Below are positions 26,239-32,000 of a stretch of 32,000 nt of DNA, one piece after another. Source of the stretch: Candidatus Saccharimonadota bacterium (GTDB lineage Bacteria; Pseudomonadota; Gammaproteobacteria; Enterobacterales; Enterobacteriaceae); contig CP188088.1 of the NCBI GenBank assembly GCA_049942965.1, positions 450,001 through 482,000 of the forward strand, given 5' to 3'. A program made the translations under genes and the position numbers. The stretch's first letter is position 1. Each line of letters starts with the position of its first letter. Below the pieces are notes generated by a model that searched no databases, had not been told where the DNA came from, and was given only the letters and a program-made list of their open reading frames with translations.

Positions 26239-27984
26239 ATGAACAAATGGAAAATTCCTCAAAGTTTTATTAATGAATTATTATTGCAAACTAATATTGT
26301 TGACTTAATTAAGTCTAAAATAGAACTAAAAAGAAAAGGTATTAATTACCAATCTCTTTGTCCTTTTCATAATGAAAAAACACCATCTTTTACAGTAAAT
26401 GAAAAAAAACAATTTTATTATTGTTTTGGATGCAATGCTCATGGAAATGCAATTGATTTTTTAATAAATTATGAAAGATTGAATTTTTTAGATTCTATTG
26501 AACAATTAAGTACAATTAATGGTCGAAAAAGCGTTTTTAGATCTTTTTTTATAGAAAAAAATAATTATTTCTTTCAAAAAAATATTTTTTTTGAATCAAT
26601 GAAAAAAATACAAAAATTTTATCAAAAAAATTTATTTGAAAAAAAAAATTATGAAATATTAAAATATTTAAAAAATAGAGGGGTAAAAAATGATACAATA
26701 AAACTATTCAATATTGGATATGCTAATGAAAAAAATAACATTTTTTTAAAATTTAAGGAAGAAGAAAAAAAAATTCTAATTAAATCAAAAATAATAATCG
26801 ATAAAAATAAAAAAAAAAACTATGAACATTTTAGAAATAGAATTATGTTTCCTATTCACAATAAATATGGAAAAATTTCTGGATTTGGAGGAAGAACAGT
26901 AAATCATTTAAGACAACCGAAATATTTAAATTCATCAGAAACTTCTTTTTTTAAAAAAAGAGAACAAATTTATGGAATTTATGAAATTTTAAAAAAAAAT
27001 AAAAATACAGAAGTACTATTAGTAGTAGAAGGATATTTTGATGTCATAATCCTATCCCAATTTAATATTGAATGTCCAGTAGTAGCTATACTAGGAACAT
27101 CTATCAATGAAAAACAAATTCAATATTTGTTTAAAATCTCTAACACAATAATTTATTGTTATGACGGAGATCCAGCTGGGAAACTAGCAGCATGGAGAAC
27201 ATTAATTATTTCACTTCCATATATTGAAGATAAAAAAAACATCAAATTTATATTTTTACCAAAAGGGTACGATCCAGATTCTATAATTAGAAAAGAAGGA
27301 AAAGAACTATTTGAAAAAAGAATTAAAAAATCAATTTGTTTTTCAGATTTTATTTTCAATAAATTTTCTAAAAATAATTCTCTAATATCTATTTCTGATA
27401 AATCTAAATTTAGTTCTTTAATAATTCCATTTATAAAAAAAATACCAGGAAAAACTATTCAATTTTATTTATTGCAAAAATTAGGATCAAAAATAGGAAT
27501 TTTAGAAATAAATCAACTAAAACAAATTCTAAAAAAAAAAGAACAAAAAAATACAAATTTACAAATAATAAAAAAAACTCCAATACGAATTTTAATTGGA
27601 TTATTAATTCAAAATCCAGAACTTTTTCAATTAGTTCCATTAGAAGTATTCAAAACTAATTTAAATATTTCAGGATTTTCTATTTTTCTACAGTTACTAA
27701 AATTTTGTATAAAACATCCAAATTACAATACTGTACAAATATTAGAAATATTTCGTAATTCAAAAATAGGAAAAATACTAAAAAAATTAACTATATTAGA
27801 CTATATGGTAGAAAAAGACCAAATCAAAAAAATGTTTATAGATATATTAAATAATATATATCAAAAACAATTAGAAAAAAAATTGGAAAAACTTATTTCC
27901 AAAGAAAGAGACATAGGACTAAATATAAATGAAAAAAAAGAACTATGGAATATTAATATATCTTTATTTCAAGCAAAAAAATAA
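26239..27984 (+). CDS. dnaG: DNA primase
   Basis: The zinc-binding region CPFHNEKTPSFTVNEKKQFYYCFGCNAHGNAIDFL is present, with TOPRIM motifs (VVEGYFDV, YDGD.AG..AAWR) and RNRIMFPI. The gene is colinear with E. coli DnaG (581 aa). Confidence 0.96.
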   Translation: MNKWKIPQSFINELLLQTNIVDLIKSKIELKRKGINYQSLCPFHNEKTPSFTVNEKKQFYYCFGCNAHGNAIDFLINYERLNFLDSIEQLSTINGRKSVFRSFFIEKNNYFFQKNIFFESMKKIQKFYQKNLFEKKNYEILKYLKNRGVKNDTIKLFNIGYANEKNNIFLKFKEEEKKILIKSKIIIDKNKKKNYEHFRNRIMFPIHNKYGKISGFGGRTVNHLRQPKYLNSSETSFFKKREQIYGIYEILKKNKNTEVLLVVEGYFDVIILSQFNIECPVVAILGTSINEKQIQYLFKISNTIIYCYDGDPAGKLAAWRTLIISLPYIEDKKNIKFIFLPKGYDPDSIIRKEGKELFEKRIKKSICFSDFIFNKFSKNNSLISISDKSKFSSLIIPFIKKIPGKTIQFYLLQKLGSKIGILEINQLKQILKKKEQKNTNLQIIKKTPIRILIGLLIQNPELFQLVPLEVFKTNLNISGFSIFLQLLKFCIKHPNYNTVQILEIFRNSKIGKILKKLTILDYMVEKDQIKKMFIDILNNIYQKQLEKKLEKLISKERDIGLNINEKKELWNINISLFQAKK

Positions 27985-28070
27985 ATATTTGTTTAAATAT
28001 AATTTTTAAAAAAATATTTAAAAAAACAATTCAATTTATATATAACTAATAAAAAATGTGGAAATGTATT

Positions 28071-29900
28071 ATGGAACAAAACCCACAATCACAACTTAAA
28101 CTACTTGTAAATCATGGTAAAGAACAAGGTTATTTAACTTATGCAGAAGTTAATGATCATCTTCCTGAAGAAATCATTGATTCTGATCAAGTTGAAGACA
28201 TAATTCAAATGATAAATGACATGGGAATTCAAGTTGTAGAAGAAGCTCCCGATGCCGATGATTTAATACTAAACGCAAGCACAAATGACGCAGATGAAGA
28301 TGCTGTAGAAGCAGCTACACAAGTTTTGTCTAGTGTAGAATCAGAACTAGGAAGAACTACTGACCCTGTTCGTATGTACATGAGAGAGATGGGATCTGTG
28401 GAATTATTGACTAGAGAGGGAGAAATTGATATTGCTAAAAGAATAGAGGAAGGAATAAACCAAGTTCAATCATCTGTCGCAGAGTACCCTAAAGCAATTA
28501 CCTATTTATTAAATCAATATGAAAAAGTTCAATCAGGAGATATAAAATTATCAGAATTAATTATTGGATTTATCGATCCAAATGTAAGAGAAATAAATAA
28601 TAATAATATTTCACATATTGGATCACAACTATCTTTAGAAGAACATGTAAATAAATTAGAATCGGAAGAAAATGAAACAGAAGAAAACCAAATAGATCCA
28701 AAATTAGCTAAAGAAAAATTTTCCGAATTAAAAAATCAATATATCATTACTAATGAAACAATAAAACACAAACATAGATTTCATAAAGACTCTATATTAG
28801 CTATTAACAATCTATCAGAAATATTTAAACAATTTAGACTAGTACCAAAACAATTTGATTTATTAGTAAAAAATATGCAAAAAATGATGAAAGAAGTAAG
28901 AAAACAAGAAAGAATAGTTATGAATTTATGCATAGAAAAGTGTAAAATTCCTAAAAAAAAATTTATTTATTTTTTTAACAAAAATGAAACCAACACAAAC
29001 TGGTTATATAAATTTGAAAAAATTAAAAAAAAATGGGCTAATAATATAAAATCAGTTAAAGATTTAATTTCTTTAAGTTTAAAAAAACTTATTCAAATTG
29101 AAAAAGAAACTGGTTTAACTATTGATCAAGTAAAAGATATTAATAGAAGAATGGCTATAGGAGAAGCTAAAGCTAAAAGAGCAAAAAAAGAAATGGTTGA
29201 AGCAAATTTAAGATTAGTAATTTCTATAGCAAAAAAATATACTAATAGAGGATTGCAATTCTTAGATCTAATACAAGAAGGGAATATAGGATTAATGAAA
29301 GCAGTAGATAAATTTGAATATCGTAGAGGATATAAATTTTCTACATATGCTACTTGGTGGATTAGACAAGCAATTACCCGTTCTATTGCTGATCAAGCAA
29401 GAACAATTAGAATACCTGTACATATGATTGAAACTATAAATAAATTAAATCGAATTTCTAGACAAATATTACAAGAAATTGGAAGAGAGCCAACACCAGA
29501 AGAACTATCTGAAAAAATGTCAATTCCAGAAGAAAAAATTAGAAAAGTTTTAAAAATAGCAAAAGAACCAGTTTCTATGGAAACTCCTATAGGAGACGAC
29601 GATGATTCTCATTTAGGTGATTTTATTGAAGATACAACACTGGAATTACCATTAGAATCGGCAACCGCAGAAAGTTTACGTTCAGCTACTCATGATATAT
29701 TAGCAGGACTAACACCAAGAGAAGCAAAAGTTTTAAGAATGAGATTTGGAATTGATATGAATACTGACCATACTTTAGAAGAAGTAGGAAAACAATTTGA
29801 TGTTACTAGAGAAAGAATCAGACAAATTGAAGCAAAAGCTTTAAGAAAACTAAGACATCCTAGCAGATCAGAAATATTAAGAAGTTTTTTGGATGATTAA
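28071..29900 (+). CDS. rpoD: RNA polymerase sigma-70 factor RpoD
   Basis: [31 protein letters not shown] matches the E. coli start. Regions 2 to 4 are near-identical ([81 protein letters not shown]...[31 protein letters not shown]). An upstream ATG at 28056 is also possible. Confidence 0.97.
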   Translation: MEQNPQSQLKLLVNHGKEQGYLTYAEVNDHLPEEIIDSDQVEDIIQMINDMGIQVVEEAPDADDLILNASTNDADEDAVEAATQVLSSVESELGRTTDPVRMYMREMGSVELLTREGEIDIAKRIEEGINQVQSSVAEYPKAITYLLNQYEKVQSGDIKLSELIIGFIDPNVREINNNNISHIGSQLSLEEHVNKLESEENETEENQIDPKLAKEKFSELKNQYIITNETIKHKHRFHKDSILAINNLSEIFKQFRLVPKQFDLLVKNMQKMMKEVRKQERIVMNLCIEKCKIPKKKFIYFFNKNETNTNWLYKFEKIKKKWANNIKSVKDLISLSLKKLIQIEKETGLTIDQVKDINRRMAIGEAKAKRAKKEMVEANLRLVISIAKKYTNRGLQFLDLIQEGNIGLMKAVDKFEYRRGYKFSTYATWWIRQAITRSIADQARTIRIPVHMIETINKLNRISRQILQEIGREPTPEELSEKMSIPEEKIRKVLKIAKEPVSMETPIGDDDDSHLGDFIEDTTLELPLESATAESLRSATHDILAGLTPREAKVLRMRFGIDMNTDHTLEEVGKQFDVTRERIRQIEAKALRKLRHPSRSEILRSFLDD

Positions 29901-29950
29901 AATAATAAATCAAAATCTTTTATAATTCTACTTCAAATGAGTTATTAAAA

Positions 29951-29990
29951 TAAAAGCTTCCTTATTAATATTAGTGGAAGCTTTTAAAAA
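29951..29990 (+). terminator. Rho-independent terminator candidate after rpoD
   Basis: The stem pairs AAAAGCTTCC (29952-29961) with GGAAGCTTTT (29976-29985). The GC-containing core AGCTTCC/GGAAGCT is followed by TTTT and the loop is 14 nt. Confidence 0.55.
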
Positions 29991-30021
29991 ATACAAAAAA
30001 ATTCATAAACTTTATTACTAT

Positions 30022-30057
30022 TAATGGTATTATATTTAATAATGGTAATATATTTAA
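30022..30057. repeat. 18-bp tandem duplication (17/18 identical) in the rpoD-argH spacer
   Basis: TAATGGTATTATATTTAA (30022-30039) is immediately followed by TAATGGTAATATATTTAA (30040-30057). Confidence 0.7.
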
Positions 30058-30338
30058 ATATAAAAAAATAAATTGTAAATTTGTTCTAAAAGTAATAATT
30101 TTTTAAATTATTTGTTTATCGACATTTAAAAACTTTTTTTTTAAAGTATCTAAAAAAAAAGAAATACTAAAAATTAATATTCTTGAACATTAATGTAATT
30201 TAACAAAATATTTTTTAACTTAAAACTGTTTTCAAAAGAACAACAAATATATGATCACTAACTAGTAATAGTTAAAATTTTAATTTATAAATTTAAGTTT
30301 ACAAAAAACCTGATTTTAGACTTTATTATTTTGTTTTT

Positions 30339-31718
30339 TTATAAGATTTTTAGTCTATTTTTTTCGTTTAAAATTGATGTTTTAATTTGACTATTTGAAA
30401 CTCCACCATAAGCATTTCTTTTATTTAAACAAGATTCTAAAGATAAAATCTTATACAAATCAGATTCAAAGTAAGAACTAAATTTCCTAAAAAATGAAAT
30501 GTCCAATTCTTCTAATAACTTTTTTTTCTTAATTGATTCTTGTACTATATTTCCAATTATATAATGCGCTTCTCTAAAACTAACTCCTTTTTTTACTAAA
30601 TAATCTGCTAATTCAGTAGCATTGGAATAGCCTTTCTTCGCTGAAGACAAACATCTATCTTTTTTCAATTTTATTGTTTTTAAAACCATAGTTGAAATAT
30701 TCAAACAATCATTCCAAGTTTTAACAGCATCAAAAAAATTTTCTTTATCTTCTTGCATATCTTTGTTGTAAGATAATGGTAAACTTTTAAAAAGAAAAAA
30801 TATTTGCATCATTGATGCACACACACGAGCACTTTTTCCACGTATTAACTCTAAAACGTCAGGATTTTTCTTTTGAGGCATAAGAGAAGAACCTGAAGTT
30901 AACGAATCTGATAATTCAACATATCCAAATTCATTGGAATTAAAAATAATTAGATCTTCTGAAAATCTGGATAAATGAATCATACTAATAGAAGCTATTG
31001 ATAATAATTCCATTAAATAATCCCTGTCCGAAACACTATCTAATGCATTATTTGTAGGATCAGCAAAACCTAATTTATTGGATAACGATTTTCTATCGAT
31101 ATTCCAAGAAGTACCACAAAGTGCACCACTTCCTAAAGGACAAAAATCAAGCCTATTTAATGCATCTTTTAATCTTGTTTCATCTCTTTTAAACATTTCC
31201 AAATAGGCTAAACACCAATAAGCAAAAGTTATAGGTTGTGCATGTTGTAAATGAGTAAATCCAGGCATAATAACTGATATATACTTTTCAGCTGTTAAAA
31301 CTAACATGGTTTCTAGATCAACTAAACTTTTAATCAATAAAAAAATTTGAGCTTTACACCATAACTTCAAATCTGTAGTAATCTGATCATTTCTACTTCT
31401 CCCAGCATGAATTTTTTTTCCCAATACTCCTAATTGTTTTGTAAGTTCCGTTTCTACCCAACTATGAACATCTTCTTCTCCACTAGTTAAAATTAATTTT
31501 GGATTCTTTTTTATTTTATTCAGTAAAATTGATAATACCTTTTTTATTTTTTCATGTTCATCTTTAGTAATTATTTTACAAGAAAAAATTGCATCAGACC
31601 ATGCTATAGAAGCAATTATATCCTGTTCAGCTAAACAATAATCAACTTCTAGAGAACTATTAAATTTTTTAAAAAAAACATCTGATTTTGAAGAAAATCG
31701 ACCACCCCAAAGTGCCAT
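30339..31718 (-). CDS. argH: Argininosuccinate lyase
   Basis: Matches E. coli ArgH in MALWGGRFS, D..LAEQDI..S.AWS.A, GRSRNDQ..TDLKLWCK, MPG(F/Y)THLQ.AQP.TFA.WCLAY.EM..RDE.RL, LGSGAL.GT, SGSSLMPQKKNPD.LELIRGK and LPL.YNKDMQEDKE. An ATG at 31730 is an alternative start. Confidence 0.96.
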   Translation of the reverse strand: MALWGGRFSSKSDVFFKKFNSSLEVDYCLAEQDIIASIAWSDAIFSCKIITKDEHEKIKKVLSILLNKIKKNPKLILTSGEEDVHSWVETELTKQLGVLGKKIHAGRSRNDQITTDLKLWCKAQIFLLIKSLVDLETMLVLTAEKYISVIMPGFTHLQHAQPITFAYWCLAYLEMFKRDETRLKDALNRLDFCPLGSGALCGTSWNIDRKSLSNKLGFADPTNNALDSVSDRDYLMELLSIASISMIHLSRFSEDLIIFNSNEFGYVELSDSLTSGSSLMPQKKNPDVLELIRGKSARVCASMMQIFFLFKSLPLSYNKDMQEDKENFFDAVKTWNDCLNISTMVLKTIKLKKDRCLSSAKKGYSNATELADYLVKKGVSFREAHYIIGNIVQESIKKKKLLEELDISFFRKFSSYFESDLYKILSLESCLNKRNAYGGVSNSQIKTSILNEKNRLKIL

Positions 31719-31766
31719 TACAAACCCCATTTTTATGATATATTTAAATGAATATAATTGTTTTCT

Positions 31767-32000
31767 TTATGAATCATGTTTTTTTAAATTTCTTATTCGT
31801 GAAGGCAATGAATATATTCGTATGAATCCATTTGCATCACACTGATTAAAAATTTTTTCTTTACCAAACGTAGCAAAATTTTTAGAATATAAAGAATTAT
31901 TTGAACTTCTTTTTTTAACAGTTATTGTACCTTTGTATAATTCTAATTCAACAAATCCATTCATTAATTTTATAAATGGGGTTAAAGCAGATAACAAAGA
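31767..32000 (-). CDS. argG: Argininosuccinate synthase, C-terminal part (the gene continues beyond the window)
   Basis: The C-terminal sequence VELELYKGTITVKKRSSNNSLYSKNFATFGKEKIFNQCDANGFIRIYSLPSRI matches the type-I ArgG tail pattern (L.LYKGN......S..SLY.E..A.F......Q.DA.GFI....L). The gene lies upstream of argH, as in arg clusters. Confidence 0.85.
   Translation of the reverse strand, partial: SLLSALTPFIKLMNGFVELELYKGTITVKKRSSNNSLYSKNFATFGKEKIFNQCDANGFIRIYSLPSRIRNLKKHDS

Noticed and set aside
1-32000. A search for CRISPR repeats, IS elements or transposases, integrases, phage genes, toxin-antitoxin pairs, restriction-modification or other defence islands, and large direct or inverted repeats.
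   Set aside because: I saw no regularly spaced direct repeats, no terminal inverted repeats flanking ORFs and no unassigned ORF outside known genes. All intergenic regions are short, AT-rich and ORF-free.

Overview
This window is extremely AT-rich, densely packed and strictly house-keeping. Proteins are rich in K, N, I and F, and the genetic code is standard (Trp is TGG). Gene content and order match a reduced-genome enterobacterial insect endosymbiont of the Buchnera aphidicola type. That assignment rests on synteny and by-eye homology to E. coli proteins. The strain cannot be determined from this sequence.

Gene order is: rsmI (frameshifted), rnpB, pmbA(-), ppa, rpmB, rpmG, fliRQP(-), fliNM(-), fliKJIHGF(-), fliE(+), tRNA-Ala(-), gltX(-), tRNA-Val and tRNA-Lys(+), ligA(-), a 963-bp gene-free spacer, ptsH-ptsI-crr(+), cca(-), ribB(+), tsaD(-), rpsU-dnaG-rpoD(+), argH(-), argG(-, partial).

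I found no CRISPR array, IS or transposase, integrase, phage remnant, toxin-antitoxin pair or defence-like gene. I cannot support any claim of a previously undescribed system here. All long ORFs not assigned below are antisense shadows of real genes.

The items worth a second look are signatures of genome erosion and its consequences:
- rsmI is broken inside an A13 tract, which makes it a candidate for rescue by transcriptional slippage.
- The flagellar cluster is export-apparatus-only. fliL and fliO are missing, FliG has lost the stator-contacting charged residues, and FliM has lost the CheY-binding N-terminus.
- LigA ends exactly where the BRCT domain should begin, 12 nt from a tRNA gene.
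- The Cca enzyme has an apparently degenerate HD motif, while none of the three tRNA genes encodes its 3' CCA.
- A 963-bp empty spacer sits where zipA, cysZ and cysK lie in E. coli.
- The ribB leader has no recognisable FMN riboswitch.

All homology statements are by-eye comparisons with remembered E. coli sequences. No database search was run.
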